Assembly (NCBI GenBank): GCA_965202625.1
Contig: CBDBBI010000010.1
Coordinates: 2,368,001-2,432,000, forward strand
Reading direction: 5' to 3'
DNA length: 64,000 bases
Origin: a bacterium
Lineage (GTDB): Bacteria > UBA8248
Shown: piece after piece, positions 28,420-41,300 of the stretch
Layout: each line of letters begins with the position of its first letter
Numbering within the stretch: the first letter of the stretch is position 1
Position numbers and translations under genes: made by a program
The notes under the pieces: model-generated
The model's database searches: none
What the model was told of the DNA's origin: nothing
What the model saw: only the letters and a program-made list of their open reading frames with translations

Positions 28420-29620
28420 ACGTGGTTTTCTGTTGTCTGTTTTTCGCACCGGACGCTATTGCGGATACCGCACTCGCTATCGCATCCATCTCTTTTTCTG
28501 TGTTCAGGTAGTGAATGGAAACCCGAATGGCGGGAGGCTCCGTCGCTACCGCCCTGAGAATGATCCTGTTTTGCTCGCCGAGCGCATCCACCGCGCCTTG
28601 CGATTCCACCCCCTGGATCCGAAAAGAGACCAGCCCCGACTGCGCCTCTCCCGGCGGCGTGATGACGACGACGTTCCGCATCGCGCGTATCTGGCTCAGC
28701 AGGCGATTCGCCAGCCCCAGTATCCTCTTTTCGATGGATGCTGGCCCCGTTTTTCTGAAGTGGTCAATCGCGACCCGCAATCCCAGAAAAGCAGGCGTAT
28801 GGAGAGTGCCGATCTCATAACGCACAGCGTCCGGTTGCGGAGTAAAAGACAAGGTTTCCAATCTCTTTTTTTGGGCGGAGCGATAACCTGCGGATGCGAG
28901 ATGAATATCCTTTCCTGCGCCGCACCGGACATATACGGCGCCCGTCCCCGACGGTCCCATCAGCCATTTCTGGCCGGATATGGTATAGACGTCCGCCCCT
29001 GTTTCTTCGATTTTGACGGGTATGTGCCCAACGGACTGCGCCCCGTCCACGACGAGGAGCGCATCGGAGCGCGCGCATATCTCGCTGATCGCTTTCAGGG
29101 GGAGCTTCCTGCCCGTCAGCCATGAGACGTGGCTCACGCAAACCGCTCTGGTCTTTTGCGAGACGGCGTTTTCCAGGTTTTGCAGAAGCGCGCGATCATC
29201 CTCGCCGGTTCTCGATATTTTTACCTTGACCCCGCTCCTGCCGCGCCATACCAGCCAGGGCAGATAGCCCCCTGGATGCTCCAGGTCGGTGAGAACGACC
29301 TCATCTTCCGGGCGCCATTCGATGCCCGCCGCCGCGATGTTGACGCCCGCCGTCGTGTTGTTCACGAGAGCGATTTCCGCAGGGCGCGCTCCGAGGAGTT
29401 TCGCGCAGCTCTCCCGAGCGCTCTCCAGAGCCGCTCTGGCTTCATCTCTGGCTTTCGGATGAAACGGGCCGAGCACCAGCTCGCGCCTCAAAAACTTTTC
29501 CATCTCTCCGAAAGTCGATTCTGAGGACGCGCCGCCGCCGCCCCAGTTGACGTAGATCTGGTTTTGGAGTGCCGGAACGTCCGCGCGCAGCCGTCTGATT
29601 TCATGGGGGTCGAGAGCCAT
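28418..29620 (-). CDS. Class V PLP-dependent enzyme (cystine/selenocysteine lyase-like)
   Basis: NNTTAG, DLEHPG, VDGAQSVG, SGQKWLMGP (PLP Lys), IRVSIHYLN. Confidence 0.85.
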   Translation of the reverse strand: MALDPHEIRRLRADVPALQNQIYVNWGGGGASSESTFGEMEKFLRRELVLGPFHPKARDEARAALESARESCAKLLGARPAEIALVNNTTAGVNIAAAGIEWRPEDEVVLTDLEHPGGYLPWLVWRGRSGVKVKISRTGEDDRALLQNLENAVSQKTRAVCVSHVSWLTGRKLPLKAISEICARSDALLVVDGAQSVGHIPVKIEETGADVYTISGQKWLMGPSGTGAVYVRCGAGKDIHLASAGYRSAQKKRLETLSFTPQPDAVRYEIGTLHTPAFLGLRVAIDHFRKTGPASIEKRILGLANRLLSQIRAMRNVVVITPPGEAQSGLVSFRIQGVESQGAVDALGEQNRIILRAVATEPPAIRVSIHYLNTEKEMDAIASAVSAIASGAKNRQQKTT

Positions 29621-29643
29621 TTTCAGTTCCTTCCTGAAAAGCG

Positions 29644-31554
<1,911 letters not shown>

Positions 31555-31602
31555 GGGAGTACCTGGTCTGGGCGATGAAGGGGTGCGGCTTTGCGGCGGG
31601 TG

Positions 31603-32406
31603 TTAGTCATGGCGAGCGATGAACTCCAGAATGGCCTGGTTGAACTCGGCAGATTTTTCGAGATAGACGAAATGGCCGCCCGCCTCAAAAACTTTCAGTT
31701 CCGCCCCGGGTATGGCGTCGCGCAACTGTTGGGAGTAATAGAGCGGGGTGACGACGTCGTCTCTCGCAACGGCCACCAGCACCGGGTGCGTGATTTGCCC
31801 CAGGCGCGCCAGTTGATCGTGGGCGATGATGCAGTCGATTCTCTCCGCCATGATCTCGGCCGGAGGCGCGTTGCGGATCGCCTCGTTCTCCTGCTCTTCT
31901 ATCGCTTGGGCGTTGTCGGCGAAAAATTCGGGGCTATGCAGGGTGAACGTGGAGAATCTCGTGTAGGTTTCCCATCCCATCTCCAGCAGGACTTTTTTGC
32001 GCACGCTGAACTGGCGGGTGAAATACGCGTCGCTTCTGGGCCAGGAGCTCACGATGGAGGCGCTTTTGACGCGGGCGGGATGGTCAATGCACATCACCTG
32101 TATGATGGCCCCGCCGGTGGAACTTCCGACGAGGTGCGCATTTTCTATGTCCAGACTATCCATGATGGCGGTGACGTCTTTCGCCATGCGGGGCACGCTG
32201 TAGACGCCGGGGGGCTTGTCGCTTTTTCCCGTCCCTCTGTGGTCATGCAGAACGAGGGGCCTGTTTCGGGAGAAGGCGTCGATTTGCTGCGTCCAGGACG
32301 CGCGCACCCCTCCTAATCCGCTGATCAAAAATACGGGCGTCCCCGCATGGTGCGGGTTGATGACTTCATAGTCGATCAAGACGCCTTCGGAGTTTACGGC
32401 CGGCAT
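31603..32406 (-). CDS. Alpha/beta hydrolase (RutD/PcaD-like)
   Basis: [13 protein letters not shown], nucleophile elbow GSSTGG, GGH. Confidence 0.88.
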   Translation of the reverse strand: MPAVNSEGVLIDYEVINPHHAGTPVFLISGLGGVRASWTQQIDAFSRNRPLVLHDHRGTGKSDKPPGVYSVPRMAKDVTAIMDSLDIENAHLVGSSTGGAIIQVMCIDHPARVKSASIVSSWPRSDAYFTRQFSVRKKVLLEMGWETYTRFSTFTLHSPEFFADNAQAIEEQENEAIRNAPPAEIMAERIDCIIAHDQLARLGQITHPVLVAVARDDVVTPLYYSQQLRDAIPGAELKVFEAGGHFVYLEKSAEFNQAILEFIARHD

Positions 32407-32472
32407 GGAAAGTTTCCCCCTGTTTCCCTGTTTCCGTGATGGCGAATGGTGAAGTGGAAAAATACTTGCAAA

Positions 32473-33915
32473 TTACTTTGCGAGTTCGCCCAGAATAACG
32501 GCAAGTTGATGGATTTCATCTTCTCTCACGCATCGCAGGTCGAGCACCACCCTGTCCCCGTGCACCCGCCCCACGACGGGGGGGGTGCTGCTGCGCAGTC
32601 TGGCTTCCAGCGATTCCACAGAAAAATTCCGGGGAGATAGCGTCACGGCACAGCTGGCCAGCTCCGCCAGAGGCATGGCACCGCCGCCCACCATGCCGGA
32701 AGTCTCTTCTATGCGGGCACCCAGAGCGGAGCAGGCTCCCTCCCCCATGAGGCGCATCAAAGATTCCGCGCGTCCTTTCAGTTCTTGCGTGTCGGCGGAC
32801 AACATGCGGAGAGCGGGGAGTGCCGCGCGTGCGGCGTCGGGGTCCAGATACGCCCTGAGCGTTGCCTCCAGGGCGGCGAGGGCGAGTTTGTCTGATCGGA
32901 GAATGCGCATGAGAGGGTGTTGTTTCATCTTCTGTATCCACGTCGCCTTGCCCACGACGATGCCGGCTTGCGGGCCGCCCAGCAGCTTGTCTCCGGAGAA
33001 GGTGACGACGTCGATTCCCGCCCGTATGGATTCTGCCACGGCAGGTTCATGCGGAAGCCCGTCCACCTGAAGAAGCGCGCCGCTCCCCAGGTCTTCGAGC
33101 GTGGGTATGTTTTTCTCCTCCCCCAGCCCGGCGAGTGCATCGCGCGACGCCTCCTCGGTAAAGCCCACGATTCTGTAATTGCTCGTGTGGGCTTTCAGCA
33201 GCAAGCCCGTATTCTCGGTGATGGCTTCTCTGTAGTCCGAGATTCTCGTTTTATTCGTCGTTCCCACTTCCACCAGTTTCGCCCCGCTTTGGCGGATGAT
33301 ATCCGGAATGCGAAACGAACCGCCGATTTCGATCAGCTCTCCCCGCGAGACGATCACCTCGGCGGAGTCGGCCATCGCCTGCGTCGCGAACATCACGGCG
33401 GCGGCGTTGTTGTTGACGACCAATGCCGCCTCCGCACCGGTGAGTTGACGAAGAAGAGACTCCACGTCGCCCCCCCTTTGCCCTCTTCGTCCGAGGCGGA
33501 GGTCGAATTCCAGGTTGGAATATCCCCGCGCGACCTCGCCTACGGCTGCTCTGGCGGCGTCGCTTAACGGGGCGCGGCCCAGGTTCGTGTGCAGGACGAT
33601 TCCTGTGGCGTTGATGACTTTTTTCAAGCCGGGTCGTTTGCGGGAAGCGAGAATCTGCTTTGCGTCGCGGAGGAGGACGTTTCGGAGGGCTTGCGCGGAG
33701 GTGGGCGCGTTTTCCGCAACCCGGGGGGTTTCTTGATCGGTTTGCGCGATCAGAAGCCGTCTTTTCGCGTCGATGGCTTTTCTGGCCGCATCGGATAATG
33801 CGGCGTCTGATGCGCCGTTCGTCTCTTCGCTTTTGAGGCGATGAACGATCTCATCCACAGAGGGCAATAATCGCAGCGTATCAGAGCGGGCGTTTGGCGT
33901 GCGAGGAGAAGTCAT
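32473..33915 (-). CDS. selA: L-seryl-tRNA(Sec) selenium transferase SelA
   Basis: VINATGIVLHTNLGRAPL, VNNNAAA, SRGELIEIGGSFRIP, EVGTTN, FSGDKLLGGPQAG; start ATG 33915. Confidence 0.97.
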   Translation of the reverse strand: MTSPRTPNARSDTLRLLPSVDEIVHRLKSEETNGASDAALSDAARKAIDAKRRLLIAQTDQETPRVAENAPTSAQALRNVLLRDAKQILASRKRPGLKKVINATGIVLHTNLGRAPLSDAARAAVGEVARGYSNLEFDLRLGRRGQRGGDVESLLRQLTGAEAALVVNNNAAAVMFATQAMADSAEVIVSRGELIEIGGSFRIPDIIRQSGAKLVEVGTTNKTRISDYREAITENTGLLLKAHTSNYRIVGFTEEASRDALAGLGEEKNIPTLEDLGSGALLQVDGLPHEPAVAESIRAGIDVVTFSGDKLLGGPQAGIVVGKATWIQKMKQHPLMRILRSDKLALAALEATLRAYLDPDAARAALPALRMLSADTQELKGRAESLMRLMGEGACSALGARIEETSGMVGGGAMPLAELASCAVTLSPRNFSVESLEARLRSSTPPVVGRVHGDRVVLDLRCVREDEIHQLAVILGELAK

Positions 33916-34027
33916 GCCGCATCCTTTATGACGGTACCATGGATGAATATAAGATTGCGGGTTTTGAATGGTCAAGTCGTGCAATCGAAAGCGGGGAGGT
34001 TCGGAGTTTCTCCGCACCGGATCCATC

Positions 34028-34056
34028 TTGACACGCGCGCGCGCCCTTGATAGCGT
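34028..34056 (+). promoter_or_regulatory. Putative sigma70 promoter
   Basis: TTGACA-17 nt-TAGCGT preceded by TGn, upstream of the OB-fold gene. Confidence 0.5.
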
Positions 34057-34159
34057 TCGCGCCCATAAAACCGCTTGTCTGTGTCTGTATGTGGGAGGCG
34101 GCTGTGTATATGCGGCTTGTTCCGGTTGCAGGTTTTCCATCTCAAACGCAGAGCAGCGC

Positions 34160-34846
34160 ATGAATTCGCCCCAGAATGAACCTCCCATTTTTGTTCCCGG
34201 CAAAGGCAAAAAGGCCGTCCCCTTTATGCGGGACGTTTTTACGATTCCCCGGCACCCGCGCCACAAACCCAAACTGATTGGCTCTGTATGCAAGGAATGC
34301 GAGGAGCATTTTTTCCCGAAGATGGGGTCAAAAACCACTTGCGACGTCCCCGCCTGCCCGCGCAGTACGAGCGAAGTGCTTTTGAGCGGGGAGGGAAAGC
34401 TTCTTTCCGCCGCGATTACGCGGTCCTCCGTAGGGGGGGGGGGAGAGCGCGTCTCGGCGGTCATACTCCTGAACGAGGGCATCAAGATAAATTCCCATTT
34501 GATCGGCTGGGAAGGGTATCGGGACATGCTGGTTCCGGGCTCTCCGGTTGCGCTCGTACTGGAAGACCTCGGAGAGAACGAATCGCGCGAAACCCAGGTG
34601 GGGTATGCCTTTCGCCTGGTGACCGGTAGTAGAAAGCCTGTTTTTCCGCCTACGGAGGAGGAAATCCGGGCGGAGGCGGCTCGCGTGCGAAAGGAAAAAC
34701 AAAAAGAAAAACAAAAAGAGCGAGCGGCGGCGAAGAGGAAAGCCGCTTTGTTGAAGAAAAAGAACGAGACGGCGGCGAAAGAACCCGCCTCACAAGAAAC
34801 CACGCGAAAGAAAACGGCCTCCAGAAGCCCCGGAAAGCCCCGCTAG
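34160..34846 (+). CDS. Zn-ribbon/OB-fold (DUF35/ChsH2-like) protein with basic C-terminal tail
   Basis: LIGSVCKECEEHFFP...CDVPAC, LSGEGKL, GYAFR; K/E/A-rich tail. Confidence 0.65.
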   Translation: MNSPQNEPPIFVPGKGKKAVPFMRDVFTIPRHPRHKPKLIGSVCKECEEHFFPKMGSKTTCDVPACPRSTSEVLLSGEGKLLSAAITRSSVGGGGERVSAVILLNEGIKINSHLIGWEGYRDMLVPGSPVALVLEDLGENESRETQVGYAFRLVTGSRKPVFPPTEEEIRAEAARVRKEKQKEKQKERAAAKRKAALLKKKNETAAKEPASQETTRKKTASRSPGKPR

Positions 34847-34858
34847 AGCATCCACTCC

Positions 34859-36025
34859 ATGCCGCTCCTGGAAGGCTTGCGCGTCGTTGACGCCAGCCAG
34901 TTCAACGCCGGTCCCATCGTGTCCCTCTATCTGGCGGGCTATGGCGCGGAAGTCGTCAAGGTAGAGCGCCCGGGCGGAGAGGACAGCCGCGCCATCGGGC
35001 CTTTCTCCGGCGGCGAGAGCAGCTACTTCATGAGCCTGAACCGGGGCAAGCGCTCCATCACGCTGAACCTGAAGCACCCCGAGGGGGTGGAGGCGTTCAG
35101 GAAACTTTGCCGAAGGGCGGACGTTCTGGTGGAGAACTTTCTCCCCGGCGTGATGGATCGGCTCGGCGTTGGCTGGGACGTCCTGCGCACCGAGAATCCA
35201 GGGCTCATATATGGCGCGGTTTCCGGCTTTGGACGAACGGGGAAAAACGCCGCGCGCCCCGCTTTTGACAGCCTTTTGCAGGCGGCGGGCGGTCTCATCA
35301 GCGTCACGGGGCCCCGGGGCGGAGAGCCCGTGCGCGTGGGCGTGTCGATTGTGGACGTGGCCAGCGGGCTCTACCTCCTCTCCGGCATCCTCACCGCCCT
35401 GCTGCACAGAGAGCGCACGGGAGAGGGAACCCGCGTCGACGCCTCGATGATGGGGGCGACCGTCAACGTCATGGAAAATCCGGTGGCACGCCACACCTTC
35501 ACCGGCGAGGCACCCGCCCCGGAGGGTCTCTCCCACCCCGTGGTCTCCCCCTTCTCGGGCTATCGCACCAGGGACGGCCTCATCTTCGTGGCCATTTCCA
35601 ACACGAGCCGCTTTCGCGTGTTCGCCCAAGCCCTCGGTCGGCCCGCACTCGCCGCCGATTCCCGTTTTGCAGAAAACAGGGACCGCGTGGCGAACGACGC
35701 CGCCCTGCGCGAGATTCTGGAGAGCGTTCTCGCCCAGAAGACGACGGCCGAATGGGAGGAGGCACTCATTCCGCAAGGGGTTCCGGTGAGTGCCATCAAC
35801 GACGTCGCCCAGGTGAAGGAGCGCTTTCCGGAAGCGTTCGTCGAGGTGGATCACCCCGATGCGGGCCTGGGCCTGCTGCCCGCCTCTCCGTTGACCTTCG
35901 AGGGGCAGACGACCGATTTCTCCCGCCCCGCCCCGCGAGTGGGAGAGCATACCGAAGAAATTTTGCGGGAACTCGGCTACGGCGTTGAGGCGATAAGGGG
36001 GATGCGCGAGCGAGAAGCGATTTAG
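34859..36025 (+). CDS. CaiB/BaiF family CoA-transferase
   Basis: LEGLRVVD, GAEVVKVE, NRGKRSITLNLK, DVLVENFLPG, AFD. Confidence 0.93.
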   Translation: MPLLEGLRVVDASQFNAGPIVSLYLAGYGAEVVKVERPGGEDSRAIGPFSGGESSYFMSLNRGKRSITLNLKHPEGVEAFRKLCRRADVLVENFLPGVMDRLGVGWDVLRTENPGLIYGAVSGFGRTGKNAARPAFDSLLQAAGGLISVTGPRGGEPVRVGVSIVDVASGLYLLSGILTALLHRERTGEGTRVDASMMGATVNVMENPVARHTFTGEAPAPEGLSHPVVSPFSGYRTRDGLIFVAISNTSRFRVFAQALGRPALAADSRFAENRDRVANDAALREILESVLAQKTTAEWEEALIPQGVPVSAINDVAQVKERFPEAFVEVDHPDAGLGLLPASPLTFEGQTTDFSRPAPRVGEHTEEILRELGYGVEAIRGMREREAI

Positions 36026-36437
36026 TGGATATCGAGCGGAAATTTTTTCTACGCCCTCCCGCGCCCCCTCCCGCTTCCCTCTTTTTCGTTCCATGAACGC
36101 ATCGGCGTTTTCGCATACTTGCCGCATACCGAAATTTTCATGAACAAACCGCCCGCGCGTTTTTGATGCGCGCTGAGCTGATCAGGCGCGGGCCCACCGC
36201 CGGGGGGATTCCAGATGCTCTCCGGCAGGAGTGTTTCCGCCAGACCGCCCGCGCTTGCCCTCCGCCGCCTCTGTTGTAATCTGAGAAAAGGCGCCTCGCC
36301 TCGTGCGCGGGATGGGGGGGAGGCCGTCGTATGGAAGGACGGGGGGAGGCTTCTCCGGCGTCCTGGGTTTTGCTGACCCTCGCGCGTGGGCGGCGATGCG
36401 CATCGCCCCGTTCTGGTGCGGTTTTGGAAAGGCGTCC

Positions 36438-36857
36438 ATGCTCATCGTGAACGAGAGGCTGAAAATTCCGCTTCGGGAAATCCGCTTTCAGTTCGCACGA
36501 AGCGGGGGCCCCGGCGGCCAGAACGTCAACAAGGTATCGAGCAAGGCGGTACTCCGCTGGAACGCGCTCGCCTCGCCGAGCGTTCCGGAGGAGGTGAAGC
36601 GGCGGTTTTGCCAGAGGCGCGCGCACCGCATCTCGCGCACGGGCGAGGTGGTCATCGCCAGCGAACGCTTTCGGAATCAGGGCCGAAACGCCGCCGATTG
36701 TCTGGAGAGGCTCAAAGCCTGGCTCGCCGAAGCCGCCGCCCCGCCTGTGCCCCGTCGCCCCACGCGCCCCACCCGCGCCTCCAGGGAGAGGCGCCTGCAG
36801 GAGAAGCGCGCGCGCGGCGAGAAGAAACGCCGCCGCCAGAGGGCGGAGGAGGAGTGA
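36438..36857 (+). CDS. arfB: Alternative ribosome rescue peptidyl-tRNA hydrolase ArfB
   Basis: RSGGPGGQNVNKV, basic tail RRPTRPTRASRERRLQEKR. Confidence 0.93.
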   Translation: MLIVNERLKIPLREIRFQFARSGGPGGQNVNKVSSKAVLRWNALASPSVPEEVKRRFCQRRAHRISRTGEVVIASERFRNQGRNAADCLERLKAWLAEAAAPPVPRRPTRPTRASRERRLQEKRARGEKKRRRQRAEEE

Positions 36858-36947
36858 GGCCGGCTCCCGCGAATCTTTAATAGCGGTCTTGCTTATTAAA
36901 CTTTTGGCAGCGAATCTTTTATAGCGATACGAGGAGGATTCCTCGTT

Positions 36948-38126
36948 GTGAAACGCGGTGAGACTGGCGAATACGAGATCACGACGGGCGGCGGCGAGAA
37001 CGTCCGGGCTTTCGTTCCCCACCCTCTTCCGCCCAGGCCCCCGCTGGAAGTGGCTGTCCTGCATTCGCCCCTGGAGGAGGCTTCGCTGGAGTTGGGCCGT
37101 CTGGACGGCGTATCCCATCTACTGCCCGCTCCGCACACCTTCCTCTACTCCTACGTCCGGAAAGAGGCTGTTCTCTCCTCCCAAATTGAGGGCACCCAGT
37201 CCTCTTTATCCGATCTTCTGTTGTTCGAGGCGGAGGAGGCGCCCGGCGCGCCCCTGGACGACGTCGTGGAAGTTTCGAACTGCGTGGCGGCGATGGAGCA
37301 CGGATTGGAGCGGATGCGCGGTGGTTTTCCGCTCTCAAGGCGCCTCATTTGTGAGGTGCACGCCAAACTGCTTGAGGGGGGCAGGGGCGACAGCCAGGAT
37401 CCGGGAGAATTCAGACGCTCGCAGAACTGGATCGGCGGCAGCCGACCCGGAACGGCACACTTTGTCCCTCCGCCGGCGCATCGGGTCGCCGATTGCATGT
37501 CGGCACTGGAAAAATTCATCCATGCTCCAGGTTCGGAATTGTCCGCGCTTCTGCGCGCGGGCCTCGCCCACGCGCAGTTCGAGACCATTCATCCCTTCCT
37601 GGACGGCAACGGCCGCATCGGCCGGCTGCTGATCAGCCTCATGCTGTGGCAAGACGCCGTGTTGCGTGCGCCGCTTCTGTATTTGAGCCTCTATTTCAAG
37701 GAAAACCGGAGGGATTACTACGCACTCCTGGGCGAGGTGCGGCGCACCGGCGACTGGGAGGCATGGCTCACGTTCTTTCTTAAGGGCGTGGCGCAGACGG
37801 CGCAGAGTGCCGTCTCGGCTGCGCAGGGGCTGTTGTCCTTGTTTGGGGAGGATAAGACGCGAATAGAACAAGGAGCGGGCCGCGCGGCGCGTTCAGCACT
37901 GCGCGTCCACCAGGTGTTGCAGGAGCGCCCGGTTGCGTCGCTTGGAGGCGTCGTGAACCAAACGCGCCTCTCGTTCCCTACTGCGGCGAACGCCATGAAG
38001 ACCCTCGAGCGGCTGAAAATCGTCGGCGAACTGACGGGCGGGAAGCGCAGCCGCCTGTTTTGCTATGCGCGATACCTCTCCATTCTCAACGAGGGGACGG
38101 AGACCCCGCCGGGCGGTGCGGACTGA
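36948..38126 (+). CDS. Fic family protein with C-terminal winged HTH
   Basis: EAVLSSQIEGT, PGEFRRSQNWIGG, HAQFETIHPFLDGNGRIGR. Confidence 0.94.
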   Translation: MKRGETGEYEITTGGGENVRAFVPHPLPPRPPLEVAVLHSPLEEASLELGRLDGVSHLLPAPHTFLYSYVRKEAVLSSQIEGTQSSLSDLLLFEAEEAPGAPLDDVVEVSNCVAAMEHGLERMRGGFPLSRRLICEVHAKLLEGGRGDSQDPGEFRRSQNWIGGSRPGTAHFVPPPAHRVADCMSALEKFIHAPGSELSALLRAGLAHAQFETIHPFLDGNGRIGRLLISLMLWQDAVLRAPLLYLSLYFKENRRDYYALLGEVRRTGDWEAWLTFFLKGVAQTAQSAVSAAQGLLSLFGEDKTRIEQGAGRAARSALRVHQVLQERPVASLGGVVNQTRLSFPTAANAMKTLERLKIVGELTGGKRSRLFCYARYLSILNEGTETPPGGAD

Positions 38127-38352
38127 AGCCGTCCTCTTGGGGTGCCTCCTCCGCGTCTTATCCGCCCTCCGGATAAGAAACCCCGCCGGGCAGCGCGCAC
38201 ACCCTCCGCCTTGAGTTTCGGCGTCCCCTCGGCTACATTCGCCCCCTATACGCATTGCCATGCGCGCTATGGGCTGCGCGAATTTTTCATTGAGAGAGCG
38301 TTTCGCGCGGTGCGATTGCCGCGCCCCTGCGCGGTTTCGGAAGGAGTGGGGA

Positions 38353-41300
38353 ATGGGGTGCAATTTTCAGACGATGCTCGCGCAGATACGCGCGATATCG
38401 GATTCGGAGGCACAGAAGGGGCGCATCTTCGAGCGGGTGATGAAGAAGTTTTTTGGCGAGGATCCGCTGTATGGGGCGCGCTTCTCGCGCGTCTGGCTCT
38501 GGCCGGAATGGGCGGCGGCACACGAGGGCTTTGATGGGCAGGACATGGGTATCGATCTCGTGGCGGAGGAGCGTGCGGGCGGCTATTGTGCCATTCAGTG
38601 CAAGTGCTACGCGCCGGAGACGCGGATTTCCAGGGCACATATTGATTCGTTCATCTCCGCCTCCAGCCGCCCCATCTTCACCGCCCGCATTCTGGTCGAT
38701 ACCGGCCATCCCTGGGGACCGAGCGCCAAAAAGACCATCGCCGGGCTGCACCCCAAGTGCGACGTGCGCTATCTGGACGATCTGCTGAACCAGTGTTTCG
38801 ACTGGCCCGATCTCGTGCGCGGCACACCGGAAGACCTGCGCTATCGGCGCGAGACGTTTCGCTTGCGTCCGCATCAGCGCGCGGCTTTCCAGGACGTGAT
38901 CGCCGGTTTTCGCACCCATGATCGCGGCAAACTCGTCATGGCGTGCGGTACGGGCAAGACCTTCACCGCGCTTCGCATCGCGGAGGAGTGCGCGGGCGTC
39001 GGCGGACGCGCGCTTTATCTCGTGCCCTCCATCTCCCTTTTCGCCCAGTCCATGCGCGAATGGGCGACGCACAAGGAGATTCCGCACCGCTACGTCGGCG
39101 TCTGCTCGGATACGCGCGCGGGACGGACGGACGAGGACGCCTCGATGGAGGAGCTGGAAATTCCCGTCACCACCGCGCCGCGCAAAATCTCGAACGCACT
39201 GGGCGCGACTTCTGGGGACGCGATGACGATCGTCTTCTGCACCTACCATTCGCTCCGCCTCGTGGAGGACGCCCAGAAGGCGGGCGCACCGCCGTTTGAC
39301 CTCATCGTGTGCGATGAGGCCCACAGGACGACGGGCGTGGAGCGGCCCGAGGGGAAGGAGACGTCCCCCTTCGTGCTCGTGCACGACGCGGAGCGAATCA
39401 AGGCGAAAAAGCGGCTTTATATGACGGCCACTCCGCGCCTCTACACCGAGAGTGCGAAAAAAAAGGCGGCACGCCACGACGTGGAGGTGTTCTCCATGGA
39501 CGATGCCGCCATATACGGCCCGGAGTTTCACCGCCTTCCCTTCTCACGTGCCGTGGAGCAGGATTTGCTCTCCGACTACAGGGTCGTCGTGTTCGGCGTG
39601 TATGAACAGCAGGTGGACGCCGCCCTTCAGGCACACATCGCCGAGGGCGAGAACGCGCTCGACATCACCGACGCGGCGAAGGTCGTCGGCTGCTGGCGCG
39701 CCCTGCAAAACCCGGAGAACATAAAAAAGAAGGAGGCGACCCCGCCCCGTCCCCTGCGGTGTGCCATCGCGTTCACCAACACGATTCGCGGGTCGAAGCG
39801 CCTGGAGGCGCGTTGGGGGGACGTCGTCGCGCGGGCACGCGACCTTCTGCCCGAGGAGGAGCGCGAGAACGCGCTGCGTTGCGAAACGAAGCACGTGGAC
39901 GGCCAGCACAACGCCCTGGAGCGCAAGTTGCGCCTCGACTGGCTCAAGGGCGATTCCACCGATTGCAACGGCGCCTGCCGCATTCTCTCCAACGCGCGGT
40001 GTCTCTCGGAGGGCATCGACGTCCCCGCCCTCGACGCGGTGCTCTTCATGAATCCGCGCAACAGCCACGTGGACGTCGTGCAGGCCGTCGGGCGCGCCAT
40101 GCGCAAGGCGGAGGGCAAGGAATACGGCTACATCATTCTGCCGGTCGCCGTGCCGGCGGGAATGGACCCGGCCCGCGCCCTGGACGACAACGAGCGCTTC
40201 GCCGCCGTCTGGAGCGTTCTGCGCGCCCTGCGCTCCCACGACGACAGGTTCGACGCCAGAATCAACCAGATCGACCTCAACCAGAAGCTACCGGAGAACC
40301 TCATCATCTTCACGGGGGATGACGACGTGGAAGCGGAGACGGCCGAGCTGCCCTTTCCGCCGCTTGAGCTGCCGCCCGGTGCGATGTTCGCCAAAATCGT
40401 GGAGAAATGCGGAGACAGAAAATACTGGCAAACCTGGGCGAAGGACGTCGCGGACATATTCGCCCGCCTGGTCGCCGGCATCCAAAACCTTCTGAAAAGT
40501 CCCGAAAACGAAACCCTGCGCGAGTGGTTCGGAGATTTTCACGCGGAGCTCCAGGTCTCCATCAACGGGTCGATCACGGGGGAAAACGCCGCCCACATGA
40601 TGGCCCAGCACGTCCTCACGCGGCCTGTTTTCGACGCCCTTTTCGAGGGCTACGATTTCGCGGGGAAAAACCCCGTCTCGCAGGCCCTTGATGCCCTGCG
40701 GCGGGATTTCGGCGAGTTCGGCTTTGAGGACGAGATTCAGGATATGGCGCCTTTCTACGAGAGCGTGCGTACCCGCGCGCGGGGCCTCGACAGCCCCGAG
40801 GCGCGCCAGCGCGTGCTCATGGAGCTCTACGAAAACTTCTTCGCCACCGCCATGAAGAAGGACGCCGACAGGCTGGGCGTCGTCTATACCCCGCCCGAGG
40901 TGGTGGATTTTATCCTGCACAGCGCGGATCACGTTCTGCGCGAGGAGTTTGGCCGCAGCCTGAGCGATGCGGGCGCACACGTCCTCGACCCCTTCACGGG
41001 TACGGGCGTCTTTCTCGTGCGCCTGCTCCAGTCCGCACTGGTTCGGGACGCCGACCTGTCGAGGAAATACCACAGGGAGCTGCACGCCAACGAGATCGTC
41101 CTGCTCGCCTACTACATCGCGGCTGTTCACGTGGAGGAGGCATACCACGGCCGCGCACGCGCGGATGCCTACGCGCCTTTTGAGGGAATCGCGCTGACGG
41201 ACACCTTCAACCTGGCGTCCGACCGCGCGTTGCCGGGGACGTGGCTTCCCGACAACAGCAAGCGGGTGGAACGCCAGCGGAAAGCGCCCATTCGGGTGAT

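Noticed and set aside
33916-34803. N-terminal extension making SelA 776 aa
   Set aside because: Antisense to the OB-fold gene; SelA homology begins near 33915
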